A DNA stretch of 64,000 nucleotides from Raja brachyura (taxonomy: Eukaryota): positions 22,320,001-22,384,000 of the forward strand of contig OY740810.1 in assembly GCA_963514005.1 (NCBI GenBank). The letters are read 5' to 3'. The position numbers and the translations under genes were made by a program. Under the pieces are notes generated by a model, which ran no database searches, was not told the origin of the DNA, and saw only the letters and a list, made by a program, of their open reading frames with translations. This document shows, in pieces, positions 1 to 12,028 of this stretch. Numbering within the stretch: the stretch's first letter is position 1; each line of letters begins with the position of its first letter.

Positions 1-353
1 TGCTATTTTTCACAAGTTGTTAAACCAGTGCCCAATCTGCCATCTTTAAGATCCAAATGCATTACTTAGAAGAGGAGCATCAGAGTTCTCCCAGGTGTTC
101 TGGCAGATCTTTACCCTCCAGCCTTCATCACTGAAAATAGGTCATTATTGTTTTTACAGCACAAAAAACCTGCTAGATTTTCTCATTTGAAGCAGCAACT
201 ACATTTCAAAATGAAGAAATGTTGATTTATACAGCGCCAAAGGAGGCCATTTGGCCCATCAGACCTGTTCTCGCTGCTTAAAGGACCTGCTAATTAGTTG
301 TCCCCTTATGGTATTTTGCCATGGCCTTGCAAACCTTGCCTTGTCAAGTATAT

Positions 354-567
354 GTGTAGGAAGGAAGTGCAAATGCAGGCTTAAACCAAAGATAGACACA
401 AAAAGCTGGAGTAACTCAATGGGACAGGTAGCATCTCTGGAGAGAAGGAATGGGTGTAGTTTCGGGTCACGTTGACCTAGTCTGAAGAAGGGTCTTGACC
501 CGAAACATCACCCATTGCTTATCTCCAGAGATGCTGAGTTACTCCAGCTTTTTCTGTATCCATCCTG
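354..567. mobile_element. Short palindromic Penelope-like (pLTR-derived) non-autonomous element with hammerhead-like core
   Basis: Inverted arms (GCTGGAGTAACTCA...TGAGTTACTCCAGC); 11-bp TSD GTCAAGTATAT at 343-353 and 568-578; hammerhead-like core at 482-509. Confidence 0.65.
482..509 (+). ncRNA. Minimal type-I hammerhead ribozyme-like motif
   Basis: CTGAAGA-A-GGGTC-TT-GACCC-GAAAC-ATC: CUGANGA and GAAA core boxes flanking a 5-bp helix II, followed by an NUH triplet. Confidence 0.5.
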
Positions 568-1354
568 GTCAAGTATATATTGACCAAAAATCACTTGGGC
601 CATTACTGAGATCCTAACATGCACAATATAATAAATGTTCTTTCTTTATTCCTGCAACATGTCTGGAAGAAAAAATATTCAGGTATTGTATCCATGTCAG
701 TAAAGAAGAATGTTTATTTTTATAATGCGCTGCACTCTTCTCCTAAAAGCATTAACTGTTCCCAGGCGCATAAGGGCCACTGTCTAGCCACCAGTAGCTT
801 GGACAGGTTTCTGATGAAGGTTTTCATCCTGAAATATTAAGCTGCTGTCTCTATTTGGAGGTTGTTGAACCTCCTCTGTGTATTAAAGCATTTTGTGTAG
901 TTGCAAGGAACAGCACGTGCTGGAATGTTGAGCAAAACACAAAGTGCTGGAGGAACGCAGCGGGTTAGGCAGCACCAGTGGAGAGAATGGGCAAACAATG
1001 TTTCAGATCAAGACCGTCCTCAGACTTCAAGCATTTACTGTGTTTGTTATTGGCTATGTATCAACAAGGCAATAGGATGCGGCAGAATTTCTGACCATGA
1101 AAGGTTTCAAGGCCAGCCATGGTCCAGTTCATATTTGTTAGTTTTTCAACAGGAAACCAGATCCGCTGAGTCAGTCCCTTGGAATCGAGGAGTGGAAGGA
1201 ACCCTGTGCCCGTTTTCTGTGTACATAGGGATGGTCGTTCACTACTAGCTACCACATAGTTTTAACAGAGTGAAAGCTTAGTGGTCTGATGCTAAGGAGA
1301 TTCAAGATAAATGGAGATCAGATACAGCGGCACAGTCTTAGTTATTCATACCCC

Positions 1355-1503
1355 TGCACACACATACACACGCATCCACACACAAGCACAAACATGCACG
1401 CACACACACATACACACACATGCGTGCACACACGTATCCACAAACACACATGCCTGCATACACAAATACAAACGCATCGATACACACAAAGTATATTCAG
1501 ACA
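1355..1503. repeat. Degenerate (CA)n microsatellite
   Basis: CA-rich low-complexity tract; source of the spurious HT-rich ORFs. Confidence 0.9.
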
Positions 1504-3124
1504 CCGTTTAACAACCCGTTCACCTCACCATGAACACAAACACGTCATCTTGAACATATTCCTTCCCTCAAGGGCTAATTGAATCAAGGGATATGGGGAG
1601 AAGGCAAGAACGGAGCACTGATAGTGGATGATCAGCCACGATCACATTGAATGGCAGTGCTGGCTCGAAGGGCCGAATGGCCTACTCCTGCACCTATTGT
1701 CTATGTATCTATGTAACTATGTATCTAACCCTCTCTCAACCCCCTCACCTTGATCACCTTTCTTAATCTTCCCACCTTTAATCCCATCCCCAAAACTGAC
1801 CCCTCAATCTCTCCACTCTCTTGTTCTCCATCACTCTCAAGTCCCTGCCCCTTGATTCACCTCCTCATTCCACTCCTGCACCCATCTTGTTGTTCCCTGC
1901 TGCTCCCCAGCTGGGAAGTGGGCTAGTGAACGATGGGATGGTCAGCCGATTCTTCCTCTACTCAGGAAGTCCTGGGTGCCGAGGCTAATTTCAAGACCCC
2001 AAGTTCCCCCCAAGTGAGATCAGCTGACTCAGAGCAGAATGGCTAGTCGCTCCAGGCCTATTTGGGTAACGTTGTGGATGCGGTAACTGGACTGCAATGA
2101 CAGCAAATAATCACGTTAAACTTTGAATATATGTTCTCCCTCGGCCTCTCCCAGCCTGCGTATTGTGAACATTGCCAGTTAAATCTTCAACACAGAGGTG
2201 ACAAAATAATCTCAGTCTGTTTCGCAGTGGAAGAGCCCATCACTTCGCTGTGGCTGTTCCACAAATGATCCGCTGTGAAAATGCCGCAGGCTTCAGCCAT
2301 CATCCTGACACAGGGGGACTCAGGTTTTATTTCGGCAGCAGCTGATGGATCTGTACCTTGCTGCCGAAATTCAGGTCTACAGATGGAATAAGAAGCATCC
2401 GCATGACACACAAAGGAAGATTAATAATCACTCGCTGCCGTGCATGAAACAAGCTGGCTCTTATTTCCATATCCGTGTTTCTATGTATAGCTCATGTTCT
2501 GCATTAGGACAATGCTCCTATTCATTTTGACACCCCTCACTCCGAAGCCTTGGCGAACCGGTGGGTTTAACTTTGCATTTGCTGACATTTGGGCTCCTCA
2601 CTGTCAGAGAAAAGATGTTTGCCTCTCCACCACTTCTGTGACAAGCGCCTCATTCAGAGAGGTGAATCATATGCATTGTTGCTGCCTGGGCTATTCCGAG
2701 AGACTGTTTCTGTCAGACAAGACTGGGAAGCAAGAAGCAAAGTCCCTTACTGTCAGCCCACTAGCTTAAAGACAGCCATATCCGTGCCATTTCTGTGGAA
2801 TCCCTCCGTGTTTAAGGCTGTAAATAAGATCAAGTACTTCAGTGGCTTCAACTAAGACTTCCTTAGAATAATGGTTCCCTTTTTACAGCCTTACAGTTGA
2901 TCTTTTTAAAGTATAACACTGATCTGATGTAATTGACAGAAATACCATTTTACAATTACCTCTCCCAGCAGACCTCCATTTTATTCACAAAATGGTTTCC
3001 GCTCAAATGCACTGATGATATAAATCCAGAAGGAAAAGTAAACAGGTGCACTATACCGCTAAGGTAGGGGGGCACACATTTGGTGTTAAAGAGTTAATGA
3101 TATGACCACAAAAGTCAGAAATGA

Positions 3125-3417
3125 CGGCGCAGTGGCACAGCAGTAGAGCTGCTGCTTTACAGTGCCAGAGACGCAGGTTCGATCCTGCCTGCGGGTGCTG
3201 TCTGCACGGAGATTGTACGTTTCCCTGCGACCGCGTGGGTTTTCTCTGTGTGCTCCGGTTTCCGGTTTCCTCCCACAAGCCAAAAACCTACAGGTTTATA
3301 GGTTAATTGGCTTTGCATAATTGTTCATTGTCCCCAGTGCGTGGAGATTGCTGGTCAGCACGGACTCGGAGGGCCGAAGGGCCTGTTTCTGCGCTGTGTC
3401 GCTAAAATAAACTAAAA
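3125..3417 (+). mobile_element. HE1-type tRNA-derived SINE (V-SINE)
   Basis: A/B-box-like head (TGGCACAGCAGTAG, GGTTCGATCC), central CCGGTTTCCTCCCACA, 3' GGGCCGAAGGGCCTGTTTC tail and CTAAA repeats. Confidence 0.85.
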
Positions 3418-3757
3418 TTGAAGACATTTTCACCCACGTGTAAGGTCCAGCAAGATGTACAGCTATCCCATTCCAGAGTTTGCCCATTTGGAGCCAACTC
3501 AGTTCTTCATCTCTTTTCCTCGATAAAGTGATGGGCAGAATCTGGCTTCCATCCTTGGGAGGGTAAAAAAATCAGCCAAACAGCCTGCTTCTGAAAGAAA
3601 GTAAAACTTGCATTTAGTTTAGTTTAGTTTAGTTTATTGTCGCATTTCTATAGCAGCCTCAGAATGAGGGACAGCTTTTAAAAGATATTTTGACAGTTGC
3701 ATGGATAGGAAAGGTTTAGAGGGATGTAGGCCAAATGAGGAACTAGCTTAAATGGGG

Positions 3758-3968
3758 CGTGTAGGAAGGAACCAGATGCTGGTTTAAAACAAAGATAGAC
3801 ACAAAAAGCTGGAGTAACTCAGCAGGACAGGCAGCATCTCTGGAGAGAAGGAATGAAGGTGACGATTCGAGTCGAGACCCTTCTTCAGACTGAAACATCA
3901 CCCATTCCTTCTCTCCAGAGATGCTGCCTGTCGCGCTGAATTACTTCAGCTTTTTGTGTCTATCTTTA
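3758..3968. mobile_element. Palindromic Penelope-like short element
   Basis: Same inverted-arm family; degenerate minus-strand hammerhead core at 3861-3888. Confidence 0.6.
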
Positions 3969-3969
3969 A

Positions 3970-5150
3970 TAGACAATACATGCAGGAGTAGGCCATTCGG
4001 CCCTTCAAACCAACACCGCCAGTGACTGTGATCATGGCTGATCATCTACATTCAATACCCCATTCCTATCTTCTCACTATATCCCCTGACTCCGCTATCT
4101 TTAAGAGCTCTATCTAACTCTGTCTTGAAGGCATCCAGAGAACCAGCCTCCACTGCCCTCTGAGGCAGAGAATTCCATAGACTTACAACCCTCTGTGTGA
4201 AAAACTATTTCTTCATCTCTGTTCTAAATGCCTTACCCCTTATTCTTAAACTGTGGTCCCTGGTTTGGGACTCCAACATTGGAAACATGTTTCTTGCCTC
4301 TAGCGTGTCCAAACCCTTAATAATCTTATATGTTTCTATAAGATGTCCTTTCATCCATCTAAATTACAGAGTATACAAGCCCAGCCGCTCCATTCTATCA
4401 ACATATGACAGTCCAGCCATCCCGGGTATTAACCTTATGAACCTACACTGCACTCCCTCAATAGCAAAAATGTCCTCCCTCAAATTTGGAGACCAAAACT
4501 GCATACAATACTCCAGGTGTGGTCTCACTAGGGCCCTGTACACTGCAGAAGGATCTCTTTGCTTCCATACTCAACTCCTCTTGTTATGAAGGCCAACATG
4601 CCATTCATTTTCTTAAATGCCTACTGTACCTGCATGCTTACTTTCATTGACTGATGAACAAGGACCTCTAGATCCCGTTGTACTTCCCCTTTTTCCCAAC
4701 TTGACACCATTTAGATAAATCAATTCCTGTTTATGTCACCAAAGTGGATAATCTCACATTTATCCACATTAAACTGCATCTGCCATGCATCTGCCCACTC
4801 ACCCAACCTGTCCAAGTCACCCTGCATTCTCACAGCATCCTCCTCACAGTTCACACTGCCACCCAACTTTGTGTCATGTGCAAATTTGCTAATGTTACTT
4901 TTAATCCCTTCATCCAAATCATTGATATATATTGTAAATTGCTGCGGTCCTTGCACCGAGCCTTGCGGTACCCCAATAATCACTGCCTGCCATTCTGATT
5001 GGGACGTGTTAATCACTACTCCTTGTTTCCTGTCTGCCAACCAATTTTCTACCCATGTCAGCACCCTACCACCAATACCATGTGCTCTGATTTTGCCCCC
5101 TAACCTCCTATGTGGGACCTTATCAAATGCTTTCTGAAAATCCAGGTGCA
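3970..5150 (-). mobile_element. CR1/HER1 LINE 3' fragment (RT pseudogene)
   Basis: ORF 4720-5151(-) has LDFQKAFDKVPH, GVPQGSV and FAHD (degenerate FADD); CR1-type 3' UTR. Confidence 0.9.
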
Positions 5151-6224
5151 CTTAAATGGGCATCTTGTTCGGCATGGATGAGGTAGACTGAAGGGCCATG
5201 GAAAATGGAGATCAGATACAGCAGTGCTGACGTAGTTATACACACATGTTCACAAACATACATATACACACACACAGACACACACATTCTCTAAGTACAT
5301 GCAGACACTGGTTGACAAACCACTCACCACTGTGTGAACAGACACATAATCTTACACATATTATTTCCCTAAGCCCTCTCTCAGCCACCTCACCTCCGTC
5401 CCCTTCCTCAATCCTTGGTCGGCATGGATGCGTTGGGCTGAAGGGCCTGTTTCAATGCTGCATGTCCCTACGGTGATGTTTGTTAACGGGGTAATTACAA
5501 GCGGATGCGTGCCCCAAATTATCTCTGTGAGTTTGCAGCTGGATTCTAATTCTAATCACCGTTCAGATTCAGATTCTCTCACGACACCCAAATACAAGGT
5601 CCCGAGGGCCCATCTGGCATTGAGCACAGGCTGATCTAAGAGTTACATCAATGATGTCCTGCAAGAATTGGCAATTATTTAGCTTTGAACTGTTTTACCA
5701 AAATTAACCGTACTGCTAATATTTTATTCACATCGAGTTATTCTGTGACGAGTGTGGCATTTATAATTGAGAGATTTTTTTTCCCTCTGGTTTCTGAGCT
5801 TGGAGCAGGAACTGAGAAGTAGCAGTGCCACTGAATTCTGTCTCACCCTTTCTGAGAGTGTGAGAGACTGACTCATTTTCTCAACAAGTTTCCTGTGCGA
5901 TAGATTTCATTAAAAAATAAATAAAGCGCTCCCAACCTCCTGTGGGAATGACATCGGCAGCTTGTTTGTTCCTTTTGAGTGAAAACAGATTCCAAAGAAT
6001 GTTTTTCTGAAAATCTCATAAGAATTTCTCTGATTTTCACAGCAAGATGGATAATTATAATTCATATTCTTGATTTCACGTATGACATTCCTATCACCCA
6101 GATTGTGAGTATGTAGCCAAGGCTATGATTTCACCTCTGAGTCAAAAAGTTAAAGGTTATGAGTCTAAGTTTCATCCCCAAGACCTGACCACAGATATTT
6201 AGGCAGATATTTTTGTAGAACTGA

Positions 6225-6700
6225 GAAGGAGTTACGAGGATGTTGCCAGGACTAGAGGGGCTGAGCTCTAGGAAGAGGTTGCGTAGGCCTGGACTCTATT
6301 CCTTGGAACGCAGGAGTGATCGTATAGAGGTGTATAAAATCATGAGAGACAATAAATTGGGTAATGCACAAAGTCTCTTGCCCAGGGTAGGTGAATCAGG
6401 GACCAGTGGACATAGGTTTAAGGTGAAGGGGAAAAGATTTAATAGGAACCTGAGGAGTAACTTTTTTACACAAAGGGTGGTGGGTGTATGGAACAAGCTG
6501 CCAGAAGAGGTAGTTGAGTCTGGGACTATCACAATGTTTAAGAAACAGTTAGAGAGGTACATGGATAGGACAGGTTTGGAGGGATATGGACCAAATGTAG
6601 GCAGGTGTGACTAGTATAGCTGGGACATGTTGGTTGGTGTGGGTAGGTTGGGCCGAAGGGTCTGTTTCCATGCTGTATCACGCTATAATTTTATGACCCT
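6225..6700 (+). mobile_element. CR1/HER1 LINE 3' fragment
   Basis: ORF 6240-6614 with GLYSLE, FFTQRVVGVWNKLP (CR1 ORF2 C-terminus) and the 3' tail. Confidence 0.9.
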
Positions 6701-6792
6701 AAGGAGCTCCACTGGCAAACACCCTGTGTTTCGCACGAGAAGTGAACAGGCAATCGCATTTGCCCTGTCAGGTGCACATTAGACTATGTAAG

Positions 6793-7290
6793 GTCGGCAC
6801 AGTGGTGCAGCGGTAGAGTTGCTGCCTCACAGCACCAGAGACCTGGGTTTGATCCTGACCACGTGTGCTACCTGTACGGAATTTGTACGTTCTTTCCCGT
6901 GACCTGCATGGGTTTTCACCGGGAACTCTGCATTCCTCCCACACTCCAAAGACGTGTGGGTTTGTAGGTTAATTGACTTGGTGTGGCGGCGCCTGCTGGC
7001 GCACGCAGTTATCGGACCCGGCGTTCGGAAGCCGCGGGGACGTGACTCGGGTGGGGCTGCTGTTTTCGCGTTGTGGTCAGACATGTTTGCGGAGACCTGT
7101 AAGCCAAGGAACTATTGTCTGAATAAATACGTTTGCAAAACTTGATTGTCGTCTTTGCGTCCTCCAAATTGGTATAATTTAAATTATCCCTAGTGTGTGT
7201 AGGATAATGTTGGTGTGCGGGGATCATTGGTCATCGCATACTTGGTGGGCAGAAGGGCCCGTTTCCGTGCTGTACCTCTAAACTAAAAAA
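6793..7290 (+). mobile_element. HE1-type SINE interrupted by a solo LTR
   Basis: SINE head at 6793 and tail at 7250-7290, with a foreign insert at 6982-7168. Confidence 0.85.
6982..7168 (+). mobile_element. Short solo LTR (Gypsy-like), 187 bp
   Basis: Starts TGTGGCGG, ends CCTCCAAA (imperfect terminal IR); 4-bp TSD TTGG (6978-6981 and 7169-7172); AATAAA about 45 nt from the 3' end; CpG-rich. Confidence 0.6.
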
Positions 7291-7339
7291 AAGGTGGATG
7301 TAAAAGAGTTCTTATCATTCGATTCAAAGGCATATTATC

Positions 7340-7510
7340 CTTTAGTTTGGTTTAGGATACAGCATAGAAACAGGCCCTTTGGCCCACTGAGCCCACGCCA
7401 ACCAGTGATCCCTGTACACTAGCAATATCCTGCAAACTCGGGACAATTTACAATTTTTACCAAATCCAATGAACCTACAAACCTGTACGTCTTTGGAATG
7501 TGGGAGGAAA
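7340..7510 (-). mobile_element. HE1-type SINE 3' half
   Basis: Reverse complement of the SINE tail (TTTAG repeats, GAAACAGGCCC) through GTGGGAGGAAA. Confidence 0.75.
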
Positions 7511-8065
7511 TACTACAGTCCCGATTGGCATTGCATTAGGTGTCAGCCCGATTATGAATGGGAGTGTTACAATACCCAGCAGCTTTCTTGCTCCTAGGAT
7601 TGAGCTATCTGCAAGAAACTGTTATTTCTGTGTCAGGTGAGATCAGCATTGTATTTAGAAGTAATTTGTCTACATATTTATCCCGCAGGTCTGTGGATAC
7701 ACAATTTTGGGTCTTTTCAAGACTTAGATCAATAACTTTTCATCCAGTCACGAAATCAAAGGATATGAAATCTGGCAAGAAATTGGAAATGATATAAAAA
7801 AACACGTATGGTTTTGTTAAGTGGTCCAACTAATCAATAAAGCTAGCCAACACACAGTGCTTGGAGTCTAGGAGGAGGCACAAATCTGCAGTTGGTAGAG
7901 CTGCTGCCTCACAGCACCAAAGACCAGATTCAATCCTGACCTCCAATGCATCTTTGCACATGCCCCTTGTGACCGCATGGGCTTCCTCCGGGTGCTCAGT
8001 AAATTGCCACTAATGTGCAAGGAGTGGATGAAGAAATGGGATAACAAAAAACTAACAAAGAACTT

Positions 8066-8371
8066 GGGCAGCACGGTGGTGTAGAGGTAGAGTTGCTGCC
8101 TTACGGCGCGTGATTGACCCGTGTTCAATCCCGACTACGGTGCTGTCTGTGTACGGAGTTTGTACATTCTCCCCGTGACCTGCATGTGTTTTCTCCGAGA
8201 CATTTTGTCTCCTCCCACACTCCAAAAACGTACAGGTAATTTGGCTTGGTAGAATTGTAAAAATTGGCCCTAGTGTGTGTAGGATGGTGTTAATATGCGG
8301 GGATCGCTGGTTGGCACTGACCCGGTGGGACAAAGGGCCTATTTTGCGCTGTATCTCTACACAAAACTAAA
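8066..8371 (+). mobile_element. HE1-type SINE
   Basis: Full head-body-tail match to the other copies. Confidence 0.85.
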
Positions 8372-9483
8372 GTTTATAAAGTGTGAATTTATCAGGTCTG
8401 CTCATTTGACAAGGTCCCTCATGTTAGGCCAATCCAGTAGATAAAAATATCCAAGGAGATTTAGTTTCAGAACTGTCTTAGCCATGGAATAGAGAAGCAG
8501 GGTGTTATTCTGGCAGAAAGTCTGTGACCAGTAGTGTTCTGTAGGGATCAGTTCTGGGATCTTTTCCTGTTTATGATAGTTATAAATGACTGGGTCAAAA
8601 ATATAAATTGGTTTAACAGTAAATTGTTGATGCCACTGAAATTGGTGGAATAGGGGTTAATGAAGGTGGCTGACAAAGGATACAGCAGGATACAGGAACA
8701 GGAAACAAGAAAAGTTTAACCCATGCAAGTATGAGGAGTTGCACTTTGGGAAATCAAATGTAAAGGGAAAGAAGGATCAAAGCCGATAGCTCGCTGAAAG
8801 TAGCAACACGGGTAGATAGAGTGGTAAAGAAAGCATGTGGTATGCTTGCTTTCACAAGAGTATAAGAGTCAGGAAGCCAATTTACAACTTTATAAAACAT
8901 TTTGCATATAGGGTCCAGTTCTTGTTTCCCCATTACAGGAAAGATAGGAACACTTTGGAGAGGGTGAGAAGAGGTTTACCAGGATGCTGCCTGGATTTTA
9001 CTTCGGAGTCACGTGAGTGATTCCGTGAAGAAGGCCCGCCAGGCCACATGCGCACCATTACGTCAGCTGCATTGGCGCAAGCACCAGTCTGGCAGGACAC
9101 AGCTCCTGCCGGTGGTAAGTTAAACTTAAAAGGTAAGTTTGGTTTTTTACTTACATGGGTTTTTTAAGGCAGGAGTCTCTTTTTACAGAGGTTTTTCCTG
9201 CCAGTTTTGCAGCCCGACAAGGTGCCGGTTATGGACTGTGTGGAATAAACTGTTTGTTGGTCATTTGGATTTATCTTTAATTATTATTAGCCTTGTGGCA
9301 AGAGATTGGGGTTATAGCAATCTGTTACAAAACTGAGTTATTTTCATTAAGAGTAATTGGCAATATAGCAGCTGTGTTGCAGCTGAGCAAATCAAGGAAC
9401 TGATATTGTGTAAGTAGCAATTAGATCATTGTTAACAACCTTGTACTATTGTCAGCTGAGGCTACTTCAGCCACAATGATGAA

Positions 9484-10347
9484 AGATGGGGGGGGAAAGG
9501 GAAATGGGGGGCGTCCTGTATGGTATGGCTGCCCAGCCTGCAGCTGTATGTTTTTCACCCTTTTTTTTATTTTAGTTTGTTAAAGTTTTTTGTTTTTGGA
9601 GCCTATTCTTTTTTATGTGGGGGGTGAGAAGGGAGGGGGAAACTACTTTACCTGGTCCCTACCAGGTCGGAGAGGCAGCTGTTCTCTGGGCTGCATCTTC
9701 GACCCGTCCTCATGGCCTACCAGCGGGCCTGGAGTGGCGTTTCCTGAGGGGACCACCCAGAACCTCGGCTTCGGCAGTGGCGGAGCACTGGAGCGCCATC
9801 GCGGGGCGGAGCGGGTGATGCCTTGCCTGGGTCGCCGCGCTGGAACTCCGGTGAGCTGAGGCCGCCGAGACAAACATCGTGGAGCTGCGGGTCTGTGGAG
9901 CGGCCAGCTGCAGGTGGCGGCGCTGAACTTCAACATCGGGAGCCAGTGGAGGGGGGCTCTATTCAGCGCGGCCTTATTGGCTTCAGAAGCCGCGGACTCC
10001 AGTAGGAGGCGGCCATTCCGGTTGCCCCAAGCCACTGAGAGGAATCTCCTGACGCCAGAGCACCATCACCCGGCGAGAACGGCCTGGAACATCGGGCCTC
10101 CGTGAAGGCGACTGTGGAGGCCTCAATATGCCTGACTATGGGAGGACATGGGTTGGGGACTGGACATTGTGCCTTCCCTCATAATGGGAACCATTGTGGG
10201 GGGATGGTTTTTTTTAATGTTTAAATCTCTTTATTAGTGTTCTGTCTGTATTCTTTATTTATGTGCTGCATGGCAAGAAACATTTCACTACACCAATTGG
10301 TGTATGTGACAAATAAACTAACCTTGAACTAACCTTGAACCTTGAAG
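9484..10347 (+). mobile_element. GC-rich non-autonomous retroelement with Rex1/RTE-X-like 3' tail, nested in the DIRS
   Basis: GC-rich body ending CATTTCACT...GTGACAAATAAA plus (CCTTGAA) tail repeats; no intact ORF; boundaries approximate. Confidence 0.5.
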
Positions 10348-11151
10348 TAACAGTATTCAGCATTACTGAACATGACAATAACTCATTGAACTTGAACTTG
10401 AAACTCGCTACAGTAGTGTGGTTGGTTGAATTCAGTTACTATGAACTGATGTTTAGAACTTTAAGATGAGAAGTTGCAAATACCATCACCTACTCAAAGG
10501 TAGTGGAGATTGCATGAGTTACCGATTCTTCAGTTATATTATCAACTAAATATATACACTAAATGCACCCATGATTAAGGGGTTTTGAGCGAATATACAT
10601 ATTCTACGTGCTCAAATTCAAGTTGCTACTCTATGATGGTGACATATGTTAGTCACATGATAATCTAGGAAAAATATCCTGTAATTAATCTCCTTGCCAC
10701 TGGTGTATCATCCAGTTCAGATCAATGATAACACAGAATAAGTGTTGGATCTCGAAGTATGATGAAAGCATGGTTCAATACTTTATCGAATATTCATCAT
10801 GTTAATGCATGTTTTTCACTCATTGCAAAATATATGTGGCACAACAGTGCGGATAAATACTTTCTCGCTTCAATAGGAGGAATGGTCTTTATGTCTTCCT
10901 CATTTTTTTGCTTCATTAGCCAGGTCTTAAAACAGTCAGCAAGACCTCGCTTGGATTCGTACTGTCGGACTGGCCAAGCGTCCATGTTGCCTACTTCATC
11001 AGGCATTGTGGCACAACGGTATACGGCTATGCCAAAAAACAAGAACTTGCTGTTTCAAACTGTGGTTCAGGAGACCGGCTTTTGCACAGTAAAATAATTA
11101 TTGACCTATACATTTTGAATGGATTTTTTCCTCAGGTTGTCACATCAAGCC

Positions 11152-12028
11152 ATGAAAGTGCTCACTGCGGTGTGCAGGGATAGCACACAAAAAAACAGTA
11201 CATTGCTATTGAGGGGATCAGAAGTGTTTGTTAAATGTTAATATTACATTTAATACGGTACAGATTACTGACATTTCCAGCTCATTTTAAATGGTATTGA
11301 CAATAATTCAGTTATAGAGACACTACAGCTGCAACATAAGGGAACTACGCTCTCGGGTCCAACCCGGATATCGAGTTGTTAAAAGATCTTGACACAAGTT
11401 CTCCCACTACAAAATTATGCAGTTGGTTATTGGAAATGTGTGAACATTACTTCACCAAGGGGTTCCAGCTACATCCTTAGTTATGACACTTATATCAGCA
11501 TACCGACAGCAAAAATTGCAAACGTTGTGGCTGGATAGGATGGAGTTGGCTGCAGGTGCCATTACATTTACATTCTGGTCTACACAACCAGAGTAGACTA
11601 GGGGTAGCATGATTGAAGATCATTTTGAACACCCCACGGTCTCACTTCTATGTTATCTAGGCCACCAGAATCCTAAGAAGTACGGAATCAGCACTGTTTA
11701 TTAGTTAACAAACAATTACACAAAGGAAGGTTGGTTCAGACTTTTTTCAAGGTGGCTGCAGCAGGTTCTGGGTTATACAGGTATTAACACTGACGATTGT
11801 ATATCTCATTCCACCAGGTCAGTATCAACGTCAGCGTATAATTTGGATAGTGTGTTTACATCTCATTCCACTAGGGCAGCAGCTACGTCGGCGGCCAAGG
11901 CGAGGGACGTGCCCTTCGACCATATTTTGGCGGCCGCCAGATGGGCAAATGAGCTGATGTTTCAGAATTTTTATCATCAGCCGATTGTCAATCCAGGACT
12001 GTTTGCCTATGCCATTTTAAGTACCTAA
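11152..12028 (+). pseudogene. Degenerate DIRS tyrosine recombinase with an open C-terminal segment
   Basis: N-terminal MKVLTAVCRDST resembles MDTIGASCREST of the intact YR; 11843-12028 encodes SHSTR...RWANE..F..FY (HxxR, W and catalytic Y); middle is frameshifted. Confidence 0.85.

Noticed and set aside
1289-1582. His/Thr-rich ORFs
   Set aside because: Translation of a CA microsatellite
3125-3200. tRNA-like A/B boxes here and in the other SINE heads
   Set aside because: SINE heads continuing into SINE bodies; not tRNA genes
9590-10105. Several overlapping GC-rich ORFs
   Set aside because: No recognisable domain; open frames are expected at this GC content inside a repeat
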